This document shows positions 1 through 10,405 of a DNA stretch of 32,552 nucleotides, one piece after another. Under the pieces are notes generated by a model. That model did not search any database. It was not told the DNA's origin and worked only from the letters and a program-made list of their open reading frames with translations. Where the stretch lies: NCBI RefSeq assembly GCF_006345805.1, contig NW_021832761.1, positions 1 through 32,552 on the forward strand. The letters are read 5' to 3'. Source of the DNA: Octopus sinensis (lineage: Eukaryota). The position numbers and the translations under genes are program-made. Every line of letters begins with the position of its first letter. Within the stretch, counting starts at the first letter, position 1.

Positions 1-146
1 CTAGTACTTATTCCATCGGTATTTTCCTCGAACCACTAAGTTACGAGGGACGTAAAACACACGAACATCGATTGTCAAGCGATAGTGGGGGTAACAACAC
101 AGAACACAAATATGTTTATTTATATATGTATATATATATATATATA

Positions 147-189
<43 letters not shown>

Positions 190-951
190 ATATATATATA
201 AATGGAGCAAAAACAATAAAAGCATACGGACAGAATAGACAATATAAAGGCGGACAAGAGAAGCAATAATTAGGACAGGCAAGAAGATACGGGTCATTCG
301 TGGCCTTCTTTATTCAGTCAAGTGCCAAATGTCACGACCATTTTGGGCAGTTACACTTGAGATGGTTCGATCTGGTTGCCCTCAAAAATTTAATCTAAGA
401 TCATTAGACCGCTTAGCGAATATGTAGAACAAAGACAAAATACTGAGAACATGGTACACAATTACTAATACAAGCAACAAGGAATAACAACAGTTGTCTT
501 TCGACTGAGAACGAATCCAATTGAGCTGGCGTGTATGAAGTGAAAGACTGAAAGCAGGAACATGGGAGTTGGACATAAGAGGTGTTGGCGTCGGCGGTCA
601 GGCCAAGAAAGAAAGATCATGGCTGACCGTACAGCGGTCACATGGAAGGAGAAGAGATGGGTAGGGGGCAGCAGGACTGAGTCAAAGAGGAAGGTGCAGG
701 GGAGATAAACGAGTGGGAAATAGTGGAAGTTAAAGAATGAGAGGGCCAAGAAATGTGAGAGAGATAGGGGGAGCGAGAAAAAGAAAAAATGAGGAAAGTG
801 AGAAGGGGACTAAAAGATAGAGTAAGAGTCGTACAACATTTAGATACATACCTACCATAAGGTGAGCAAAGGTGTGTACGTACGTCGCTATATGAATATA
901 TATAAATACAAAAATGGAGCAAAAATGCAATAGGGGACAACAAAAACATTC

Positions 952-984
<33 letters not shown>

Positions 985-1157
985 CTATATATATATATAC
1001 GACGGGCTTCTTTCAGTTTCCGTCCATCAAATCTACTCACAAGGCGTGGTCGACCCGTGACTAAAGTAGAAGACACTGGCCCAAGGTGCCACGCAGTGGG
1101 ACTGAACTCGGAACTATGTGGTTGGTAAGCAAGCTACCACACAGCCACTCTTGCACC
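1..1157 (-). mobile_element. tRNA-derived SINE family A, interrupted in its central (TA)n by a ~760-bp insertion
   Basis: 1-110 matches the 3' half and about 995-1157 matches the 5' half of the full copy at 23842-24247; head ends CAGCCACTCTTGCACC. Confidence 0.85.
201..957. other. Unclassified purine-rich insertion with imperfect terminal direct repeats
   Basis: AATGGAGCAAAAA at 201-213 and 913-925, each followed by CAATA and AAA.CAT.CGGACA; flanked on both sides by the SINE's (TA)n. Confidence 0.5.
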
Positions 1158-1906
1158 TATGTATATATAGATATATTGGTGTGTATGTATGTCTGTACAT
1201 ATATATATATTTAGGTATGCATGTATATATTTGTGTAAAGTATATCGCCAGGTTTATTTTGACGCTCTCTAAAAGTCCTCCTGTCTCTGCGTGATTTTTT
1301 CTTTTGTTTTTGTATTTGTTCTTAGATCTTTGACAACAAAATATAATATACGGACGCAGAAACGTGGCCGCCCCTTCTTTGTTTTGTTTTTTCCCCTCCT
1401 TTACTCCTTATCTTCCTTCTTGTGTGATTAACGTTTCCTAAATTCCCCCACCCTCAGCCTAAACACACACACACACTCTCTGTCACATACACATACGCAC
1501 ACACACACACACACAACACACACACACACACACACACAAAGCTAGACCAATCATCCATCCGCCTACTCTATAAATCCATTGGGCCAACCGACGAGTCAAT
1601 AAGTCATCGTTTACGCCGACAGCCAAACTAGAAGATCTGCTTTTGTAAAGTGAAACCTCCCCGTCTCAGAAACAACGAAAGAAAGATAGATAGAAAGGGA
1701 GAATTTTAGGGTAAGGAAAGGTGTTTATACAGGTATTCATTTAAAATTGAATAGCCAATATATCTTCGTGTTACCTTAACTAGTCATCCTTCAGGTAACA
1801 GAGTCTACCTTGAAATTTTGACATAATTTATGTTGGAAGTCATTAATTATACTATGTGTACATGTATGTACGTATGTCCAAGTATATATTCATATATGTA
1901 TGTCCG

Positions 1907-1938
<32 letters not shown>

Positions 1939-1992
1939 TGTATGTATGTATGTATGTATGTATGTATGTATGTATGTATGTATGTATGTATG
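1907..1992. repeat. (TATG)n microsatellite
   Basis: Direct tandem run; similar runs at about 5248-5328 and 11726-11808. Confidence 0.95.
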
Positions 1993-2227
1993 TGTTTATG
2001 TATGTATGTGTGCGTGTGTTTATGCTTCTACGTATGTATATATGTATGTATCTAACTATGTATGTAGTTAGGCAGGTATGGATTGCTGGATGAATCGATG
2101 GATGGATATGTATATATATGTATTGTATATTTCGTATGTATAATTGAATAACTATTTGTTTATGTGTATAAATATAATGTAATCATCTATATGTATGTAT
2201 GTGCGTGTGTGTATATATATATGCGCG

Positions 2228-2264
<37 letters not shown>

Positions 2265-2554
2265 GCGTATGTGTGTGTAAATATATAGGTATTTATTTCT
2301 ATATGTATGTCTATATTTATTTCTATATTTATTTCTATATATATGTATGCGTCTATGGATGGATGTATGCATGCATGCGTGCATGTATGTATGTGTGTAT
2401 GCGTTTTCTTATTGCAGTAGACACAAATGGAGAAATTTCGAAATACCTTAGAAATCTTTACAAAATCAGTAATGGTTGGGATTTAGATAATCTGGCATTT
2501 CCAGGTTTCTGTACTTATCTCTCCTTATGCAAAACTGGAGTTGAGCACAAGAGC

Positions 2555-2865
2555 TGTATGTGAAGGAATTTCGTAGACGGAAATTTGGTTGACAGAATGT
2601 TGTCGCACATATATATTTGTATGTGTGGATTTGTGTTTGTATTGTGGTTGTACTCCACAACCCGTTTGATAACTGGCATTGGTTTATTTACGTCTCCGTA
2701 AAATAACTAAAAAGTATACATCACAATTTATTGTAAACATTGTTGGCTGTAATATATCAGAATGCATAGAATATCTAAGGTCAATTTCTTCGTCTAAAAC
2801 CTCTCCAAGGAGGTGCCCCAGTATGGTAGCTATCCAATGGTTGAAAGAAGTAAAATAAAACAGAG
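2555..2865 (+). mobile_element. Old diverged SINE family A relative
   Basis: GGAATTTCGTAGACGGAAA, central TA/GT tract, and tail GGAGGTGCCCCAGTATGG...GAAAGAAGTAAAATAAAA. Confidence 0.6.
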
Positions 2866-3029
2866 TTTATATGCAGTATTTGAATGTATTTATTCCGTTC
2901 TGTTTGTTATTATATCCACAAATATCAGATCAATATGGTATTTCTTGTGAAAGTATTTCGATGTAAATATAGTGAATATTGATGCCATATTTTGACACTA
3001 GGCTAACCAATTTGGGAGTAGGGTTGAAT

Positions 3030-3170
3030 CGGTTATATCTACCCCAGTTCTCTGCTGGTACTTATTTTATCGACTCTGAAAAAGCAAAGTAGATTTCGGC
3101 GCCATTTGAACTGAGAACATAAAAACGGAAGTAATGCCGTTAAACATTTTCTCCGGCGTGCTAAAGTTTG
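3030..3170 (-). mobile_element. SINE family B (tRNA head plus Nin/Deu-like domain), diverged
   Basis: CTGGTACTTATTTTATCGAC...GCAAAGTAGATTTCGGCG...TTTGAACT aligns to the minus-strand copy at 12250-12463. Confidence 0.75.
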
Positions 3171-3193
3171 TGTATGTCGGAAAAAATATATAT

Positions 3194-3980
3194 TGGGTAT
3201 TCACCTGGGTATTCACATGAGTGATGACGCGACCTTTCATGTACATGTTGCTAAACTGGCAATGAAATGTAGACGGCTGGCTGGATGGATTCTTAGAACC
3301 TTTAGAACAAGAGAACAAGAAACCATGATGGTCCTCTGGAAGACACTTGTCCTAAGCCACTTTGACTATTGCTCTCAGCTATGGTCACCATCCAGTGTCA
3401 AGTTGATCACAGAACTTGAGGCGATCCAACGAAGCTACACGAAGAAGATAGCCTCTGTGTAGCATATGAGCTACTGGGAAAGACTCAAGAGATTAAAGCT
3501 CTATTCCCTGGAGCGTAGGCGAGAAAGATATGCCATAATATATATCTGGAAGATCCTGGAAGGACTTGTCCCAAACTTTGGCATCGAGAGTGACACAAAT
3601 GCCAGAACCGGGCGCCACTGCGTAGTACCAAGGACTCCAAATTTGCCATCAAGATGTAGGACAAGATATTGTGATAGCCTGGGCTTCAGAGGCCCACAGC
3701 TCTTCAATATCCTCCCGAAGAACCTGAGGGACCTGCATGGTGTAGATGCGGATGTCTTTAAAATAGGACTGGATCGCTTCCTGTCAGGTGTCCCAGATGA
3801 ACCAACTTCACGGCAGGAGGTGCAGATGAGGGCAGCTGCATCGAACTCTCTCATGCATCAGATGGCGTTTGCTAAAAAGCATCCGTGAGGTAAAATCGCG
3901 TAGCAAACCAAATGGCGGTGCCCCAGCATGGCCACAGCTCATTAGCTGAAACTGGAAAAATCAAATCAAAATCAAAATCA
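3194..3980 (+). mobile_element. 5'-truncated CR1/L2-group LINE: ORF2 C-terminus with one nonsense codon, 3' UTR, stem-loop and (AAATC)n-like tail
   Basis: ORFs 3193-3462 and 3466-3888 are in frame across TAG at 3460-3462 and read LGIHMS...WILRTF...LWKTLVLSHFDYCSQLWSP...ELEAIQRSYTKKI...YWERLKRLKLYSLERRRERY...GPQLFNILP, typical post-RT motifs. Tail 3913-3980 ends in ATCAAATCAAAATCAAAATCA. Confidence 0.92.
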
Positions 3981-4205
3981 TTGCGGCATTTTTTCTTCCG
4001 ATTCTTTAGATGCTGTCCTCAAGTTCCGCGGAGGTTGACTTGGGATTTCACCCATTCGGGGTGCATCAGATAAAGTATCTTTTAAATACTGGTGCCGATA
4101 TGATCGACAACATCCTTTACCTTAAATCTGCTGAGCTTGTGTCAGAATTTGAAACGGGCAGAATCGTTAACGCGCCGCGCAGGATTCTTAGCGGCATTTC
4201 GACGG
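3981..4205 (+). mobile_element. Degenerate SINE family B fragments
   Basis: AAGTTCCGCGGAGGTTGACTTGGGATTTCACCCATTCGGGG, then a second head GGCAGAATCGTTAACGCGCCG...TTAGCGGCATTTCG. Confidence 0.6.
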
Positions 4206-4545
4206 AGTGCACAACGCTAGGACTTAGTGAGGTTATTCCAGGACTTCTTTCCACTTGTTTTAAGACTTTCCCTAATGCCTGTCTGACAAGATTCAAAAAA
4301 ATTTCTGTAGTGCTTGTGAACGTTCATCCCTAAATTTATCTGGATACCAATTGGGATTCTTTTCAATCTACTTATGCCAGATTCGATCATCATCACTTTT
4401 ATTATCAGTAAGTTTTACTTGAAAGTTACCAGCATGTTGCAGAAAAATAAACTCGTTTCAAACGTATTTCCTACGGAATAAAAATATAAGAGAGCTATAA
4501 ACCCTTAATTCTGACCCCAAGAAAACTAACATCGGGATTTTTAAG

Positions 4546-4750
4546 GCAGCGAGCTAGCAAAATCATTAGCGCGCCGAGCAAAATGATTTGCGGCATTTCG
4601 TCCGTCTTTACTTCTGAGTTGAATCTCCGGCGAGATCGACTTTGTCGTTCATCCTTTGGGTATCGATAAATTAAGTACCTGCAAGTAATCGACTAGTCCC
4701 CTTCCCACAAAAGTTTCTGGCCTTGTGCCTATAGTAGAATGGATTATAAT
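4546..4750 (+). mobile_element. SINE family B with alternative tail (GCCTTGTGCCTATAGTAGAA...(ATT)n)
   Basis: Head GGCAGCGAGCTAGCAAAATCATTAGC; core ATCGACTTTGTCGTTCATCCTTTGGGTATCGATAAATTAAGTACC. Confidence 0.75.
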
Positions 4751-5340
4751 AATAACAATAATTATTATTATTTGGTACGTGAATTTATCTATGGCATTGT
4801 ACGGGGATATTGATTTCAGAACATATAATCAACAGACGCCATATAATGTATGTATCATCAGAAGTGGAATCGAAACCTAGTCGCATATTTGATAAAGAGG
4901 TTTATCAAAAGTCTACCAGTAATTTACAGCAGGTCACACTCCAGTGACTCTACTAATTTTGTTCTGTATAATTAATTTGTTGATCCTTTGGTCACGGATT
5001 GATCGGCTGTATTGAAACGGAAGGTTCCAGTGGTGTCACGATTCAATTGAAAATGGGATACTTGCGAGTTTAGGGAATTGTTTATGTGACAACCCCAAAC
5101 AATAGGAAGGGTGCAAACACTAACATATACCAATAAACACACGCACAAGCACACATGAACACACACACACAGAGTTATAACAACAGATCTATATACGTAC
5201 GTTCGTTCATAAAAAGAGCTGGCGTTAATGACAGGGAATTCTAAAACATATACATACATACATACATACATACATACATACATACATGCATACATACATA
5301 CATACATACATACATACATACATACATACGCATTCTTTCT

Positions 5341-5530
5341 TTTATTCATTTACTTCTTTCAGTCTTTTGATTGCAGCCATGCTGGAGCACTGCCTTCTAG
5401 GGTTTTAGTCGAACAGAGCAACCCCAGTACTTATACTATCGGTGGCTTTTGCCGAACCGCAAGTTTACAGGGACGTAAACACACCAAACCCGGTGGTCAA
5501 GCGATGGTAGGGGCGAAACTCACACACAGG
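5341..5530 (-). mobile_element. SINE family A, 3' half only
   Basis: TTTCAGTC...GCAGCCATGCTGGAGCAC...GCCGAACCGC...GGACGTAAACACACC. Confidence 0.85.
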
Positions 5531-5639
5531 ACAAACACACCAAACATACACACGCACGCACACCCATATTATATATATATATATATATCTATATATATAT
5601 TATAATATATATATATATAGATATTATATATATATATAA

Positions 5640-5682
<43 letters not shown>

Positions 5683-5684
<2 letters not shown>

Positions 5685-5785
5685 CGTTGAAAGCACCGGT
5701 TCTCGTGCGATCACCGAAGTTAAGCAACGTCGAGCCTAGTCAGTACTTAGATGGGTGACCGCTTGGGAAACCTAGGTGCAGTAAG
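5683..5785 (+). pseudogene. 5S rRNA-derived sequence, about 10-13 nt missing at the 5' end; head of a chimeric retroposon
   Basis: CACGTTGAAAGCACCGGTTCTCGTGCGATCACCGAAGTTAAGCAACGTCGAGCCTAGTCAGTACTTAGATGGGTGACCGCTTGGGAAACCTAGGTGCAGTAAG is recognisable metazoan 5S rRNA; A box, C box and the CCTAG/CTAGG helix pairing are retained. Confidence 0.95.
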
Positions 5786-5864
5786 AGTAACACATTGTTT
5801 TGAAAGGCATTGCCCCAGCATGGCCACAGCTCGTGAGCTGAAACTAGATGAAATGAAATGAAAA
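5683..5864 (+). mobile_element. Candidate 5S-derived SINE (SINE3) or 5S/LINE chimera
   Basis: 5S head, about 25-nt linker, then tail 5811-5845 matching LINE tail 3919-3953 at 33/35, then (GAAAT)n; embedded in (TA)n. Confidence 0.8.
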
Positions 5865-5974
5865 AATATATATATACACACGAACACGTCAAGGTCAGCA
5901 GCCCTCTTCCACACGCACATACAAACTCTCTTATACACACGCACACGCACTTTCGTTTTGGGAGCACCACTACT

Positions 5975-6177
5975 TTATTATCTCCCCTTCCTAGCTCTCC
6001 TGTGTAACCCTTCTGTCCGGCATTCACCATGATAGATGGCTAGCCACTACACATTCTTTATTTTCTCTCCTTGTTTCTTTCTGTGTTCCTTTCCGCCGAA
6101 GAGCGTAGGCTCGAAACGTTAAAGACTTTTTTCACTCCCACCTGTCTTCGTCTTTGTTTTTTTGTGAATTCTCCCTA
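5975..6177 (+). mobile_element. Penelope-like element pLTR fragment with degenerate hammerhead-like motif
   Basis: Pyrimidine-rich tract then GAAGAGCGTAGGCTCGAAACGTTAAAGACTTT...CTGTCTTCGTCTTTG; homologous to 21920-22100 on the minus strand. Confidence 0.6.
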
Positions 6178-6198
6178 TATATATATATATATTATATA

Positions 6199-6229
<31 letters not shown>

Positions 6230-6294
6230 CATATACATACACACACACCCACACACAATTATATATATTTTGAGTTCATCTCTGCCAATTCCAG

Positions 6295-6545
6295 TCAGAA
6301 GATGCCAAGCAGTAGGATTGAACCTTGAACCATGTGACTGGGAATCAAAATTTTTACCTCACAGCCAAGCTTGTATGTATAAACACACACGCACACACAC
6401 ACATATGCACACAGACACATATATATATACTTTTATTCTTTTATTATTTCAGTCACTTGACTGCGGTCGTGTTGAAGCACTGCTTTTGGTCGGGCAAATC
6501 GACCCCAGCACTTATTCTTTGTAAGCTGATTATTATTCATAGTTT
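6295..6545 (-). mobile_element. SINE family A fragments (head about 6300-6372, tail about 6431-6540)
   Basis: GCAGTAGGATTGAACC...CCATGTG...CACAGCCA; TTTCAGTCACTTGACTGCGG...AAATCGACCCCAG. Confidence 0.7.
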
Positions 6546-6585
6546 GTTGACAAATATGATGTACCAGTCCTACTGATATGTTTAC

Positions 6586-6977
6586 AGCTAGCTTGCTTAC
6601 CAACCACATGGTTCCGGGTTCAGTCCCACTGCGTGGCACTTTACGAAAGTGTCTTCTATTGTAGCCTCAGGCCGACCAAAGCCTTGTGAGTGGATGTCTA
6701 GACGGAAACCGAAAAAAGCCCGTTTTATACATATGTGTGTGTGTGTGTGTGTGTGCGTGTGTGTGTGTTTGTGTGTCTGTGTTTGTCCCTCCACCATCGC
6801 TTGACAACTGATGTTGTGTTTACGTCCCCGTAACTTAGCGGTTCGGTAAAAGAGATCGATAGAATACGTACTAGGGTTATAAGGAATAAGTCGTGTGGTC
6901 GATTTGTTCAACTAAATGCAGTGCTCTAGCATGGCCGCAGTCAAACGACTGAAACAAATAAGAGAATAAAAGAACAT
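6586..6977 (+). mobile_element. SINE family A, near full length
   Basis: B box GGTTCAGTCCC, CORE-like segment, (GT)n, Nin-like segment and LINE-type tail. Confidence 0.9.
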
Positions 6978-7072
6978 AGGAAACCAGATTCCTATATTCT
7001 TTTATTCTCTTATTTGTTTCAGTCGTTTGACTGCGGCCATGCTAGAGCACTGCATTTATTTGAACAGATCGA
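6899..7072. repeat. Local inverted duplication: 84-bp arms, 6-nt loop
   Basis: 6899-6982 versus reverse complement of 6989-7072: 81/84 identical by manual alignment. Confidence 0.95.
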
Positions 7073-7204
7073 GAATAAAAGAATATATATCCATTTTTAT
7101 TTTTCATTCTTTTATTATTGAGTCTCTTTCTTCCTGGTTTGCCATTTATGGCGCTATCCCCTATTTCTTTCCCCACTTTATTTTTCCCAAGCAAAGAATA
7201 GCTT

Positions 7205-7300
7205 ATCTGCTCAAAGTGCCACGCAGTGAGACAGAGCCTGAAAGCGAACCAGAAACTACGTGATTACAAAAACGAGCATGTTAACCACTCCACCATGCCT
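7205..7300 (-). mobile_element. SINE family A head fragment
   Basis: CAAAGTGCCACGCAGTGAGAC...GAACC...AACCAC. Confidence 0.6.
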
Positions 7301-7791
7301 ATTACTCTCCGCAACATCAAGCCTTAGACATTATTTTCTACCTCACGATTGTTCTTCTCTTAAACACCATCTTTTATCTTCCACTATCACTACCACGTGT
7401 AACTACCTCCTCAACTCTCCTATACAGGCCACCGTCACCCACATGCATTACTCTACTCATGGCTCGTACATCTAGAAGCTACTAGAAACTACTCAGGATT
7501 GAATTACACAATTGAGACACTTGACTCAATTGTTACATGTGAATCTCGCATTGTTCTGAAGCTTTCTTTACCGGTTCGCTCCCCACTGCGTTTCAATTGG
7601 TTGGGTATGGATCCCTTTCAGCTCCTGATTGAAGTGTCAACCGCATCATTTTGACAGTTGTGTATTGGTTCAAGGAAAACGCTACCATCTCCACCACCCT
7701 TATATGCTCTGTCTGTCTGTCTGTCTGTTTCTCACTCTTCCTCTTTCTGCTTTCTTCCTTTCTCTTTCTCCCTCTCTCCCCCTCTCTATCT

Positions 7792-7831
<40 letters not shown>

Positions 7832-8122
7832 TTTCTTTCGTTATATCTCCTTTTCAGATGTCCACACTGAGATTACAGACCTCGAATGAAAGTAAGATTC
7901 GTGCAACTTCACATAAACCCGAACGAGCACACGCTCACACCCACACCCACACAAACACATCCACCTACCCATACAAACACACATACACACACACACACAT
8001 TCACACATGCACACACGTAGATGCACATATAAACGTATGTAAATGTATAGACACATTCACGTCCATACATGGAGAACAGATGGACAAATATTTATACATT
8101 GACATCTATAAGTTACCTTGCA

Positions 8123-8192
<70 letters not shown>

Positions 8193-8292
8193 ATTTGTGT
8201 AAGACGACATAAATATCATATATGCATACATATGTGTGTGTATACATACTCACACACACACACACAGAAATCTTTAAATATATATATATATA

Positions 8293-9081
8293 TCTATATA
8301 TAAACGGCAGTTTGTCTGTCTGTGTGTCTGTGTGGCTGTCAGGTTGTACCCTCACCCTGACCACGGCTTTCAACCGATTCTGATGAAACTTGACACACAC
8401 GTAGCCCAATGTCATAATTCAAAACTAACACAGCGAAAATTTTGAAAAGTTCCCCCAGTTCTGAAAAAGAATCGATAAAATCGACATGGGTCGAGAATCT
8501 AAGCTTTTTATATGCAACACATTTTCTACAGACTGTCTAGGGGACGCAACTCGACCTTTTTAACTCTCGGAACACGTGGGGTAAGTATCCCAAAATGTAA
8601 TAATTGTACAAAAACGGCAAAAAAGCGGGCAGCAATGTGAGTGACAACAACGAAAAAGTCAAAAGTGACCAATTGAACAAACGAATGGAAAAGGTTTTTT
8701 GATGCACACGACAAAAGCGGTTTATAATAAACAAGAGTTTGCAAGTAGCGTCCGAGGACCCTTAGGGTACATCAAAAATTTAAGGTAAAACGTTTGGGGT
8801 GGTAGTTATAAAGAAGTGTAAACAAAAAAGTATTCGAATAACTTGCGGCTGCAGCAGCTATTAGCAGAAGTGGCGGTTGTTGGGGGTAAAGTCTCGAATG
8901 TAATTTCTTCCTGGTAGGAATTGGTTGGGTTGAATTATCGATAGCTGTTTGATAGTATTTGGGAGTGAAGAGAAGACATTGCAACCTACACATGCGCCTT
9001 CGTTCCCTAGAGGGAAAGGACTAGATTGGGATTAGTCGTTGCCTACTAGGGGCTCTTACATACCCCGGGCAACGCTGCTAG
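8293..9081 (+). mobile_element. Non-autonomous Helitron (789 bp)
   Basis: Inserted A|TC...CTAG|T; 5' TCTATATATAAACGGCAGTTTGTCTGTC; 3' CCCCGGGCAACGCTGCTAG resembles the 3' end of 20301-20694; no TSD. Confidence 0.8.
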
Positions 9082-9110
9082 TATATATATATATATATAT
9101 ATATATTATA

Positions 9111-9300
9111 GGCGTGGGAGTGGCTGTGTGGCAAGAATCACATGGTTCCAGGTTCAGTCTCGTGCGTGGCACCTTGGGCGAGTGTCTTCTACTATAGCCT
9201 CGCGCCGACCAGAGACTTGTCAGTAGATTTGGGAGACGGAAACTGAAAGAAGCCCATCGTATATATGTATATATATATATATATATATAATATATATATA
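9111..9300 (+). mobile_element. SINE family A, 5' half only
   Basis: GGCGTGGGAGTGGCTGTGTGG...CCTTGGGCGAGTGTCTTC...GAAAGAAGCCCATCG, then (TA)n; no 3' half follows. Confidence 0.85.
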
Positions 9301-9561
9301 TATATTGCATGGTGTTGCCCATAAAAATATGCGGGGTGATTATAATAAAAAAATAAGCAACAAGAATGGATCCGGTAATTTAGTACAATTGTTTCATACT
9401 ACAACATTTTATTAAAAGCTTTAAATATTACAGCAGATTTAAGATGCTGAGTAATCTTCACCTAATTTCATATAGGTTTTCCAATAATATAAAGTTCTCA
9501 AATCAATTAATAACATCTTAGGGCAGGTAAATATACAGATAAAGATGTAGATATGAATCTT

Positions 9562-9965
9562 AGGAACATGAGGTCGTATAGTTAAGATGCTAACTGACCA
9601 AAACCTTGTTTACAACTGACAGCTGTAAGGAAATTTCTTTAGTTATAAGGATTGGGATAAGGGCAGATAAAGAATTCAAGTTAGTTGAAGAAAAGAGGAG
9701 GAAATTCAGGATAAGTAAAAGAACAGGTTGTCACAAGAACAAAAGGTCAATTTATCTATGTGGTGACAAGAAAATTAGGTCAGAGTAGAAAGATCATTAA
9801 ATTCGAAGGAACATACGAGGTTGTAGGTCAGATACAAACTGACCAAAACCCTACTTGCAACTGAGAGCCATCAAAATTTTTTAGCAGTAGGAATTTAGGT
9901 AAGGGGATGTGATAGAATAATGTAAAAGGGATTTAAGTTAGTTGCAGAAAAAAGGAAGAATTTTG
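9562..9965. repeat. Diverged direct duplication, period about 245 bp
   Basis: AACTGACCAAAACC at 9592 and 9837; GGAACAT..GAGGT.GTA, CAACTGA.AGC and AAGTTAGTTG.AGAAAA are collinear in both units. Confidence 0.75.
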
Positions 9966-9985
9966 TATATATATATATATACAAA

Positions 9986-10144
9986 AGGAGTGACTGTGTG
10001 GTAAGTAGCTTGCTAACCAACCACATGGTTGCGGGTTCAGTCCCACTGCGTGACATCTTGGGCAAGTGTCTTCTGCTAAAGCCCCGGGCCGACCAATGCC
10101 TTGTGAGTGGATTTGGTAGACGGAAACTGAAAAGAAGCCCGTCG

Positions 10145-10208
<64 letters not shown>

Positions 10209-10405
10209 TGTGTCTGTGTTTGTCCCCTTAGCATTGCTTGACAACCGATGCTGGTGTGTTTACGTTCGGCAAAAAGAGACCGATAGAATAAGTACTGGGC
10301 TTACAAAGAATAAGTCCCGGGGTCGATTTGCTCGACTAAAGGCGGTGCTCCAGCATGGCCGCAGTCAAATGACTGAAACAAGTAAAAGAGTAAAAGAGTA
10401 AAAGA
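9986..10405 (+). mobile_element. SINE family A, near full length
   Basis: All modules present; tail GGCGGTGCTCCAGCATGGCCGCAGTCAAATGACTGAAAC followed by (AAGAGTAA)n. Confidence 0.92.

Noticed and set aside
3030-4085. LINE inserted into a single SINE B copy
   Set aside because: The flanking SINE B pieces are on opposite strands, so they are two copies; no TSD found.
5683-5785. Functional 5S rRNA gene
   Set aside because: The 5' end needed for helix I is missing, there is no tandem rDNA context, and it is fused to a LINE tail.
9305-9345. Possible Tc1-like TIR (GGTGTTGCCCATAAAAAT)
   Set aside because: No matching inverted copy found and the resemblance is weak.
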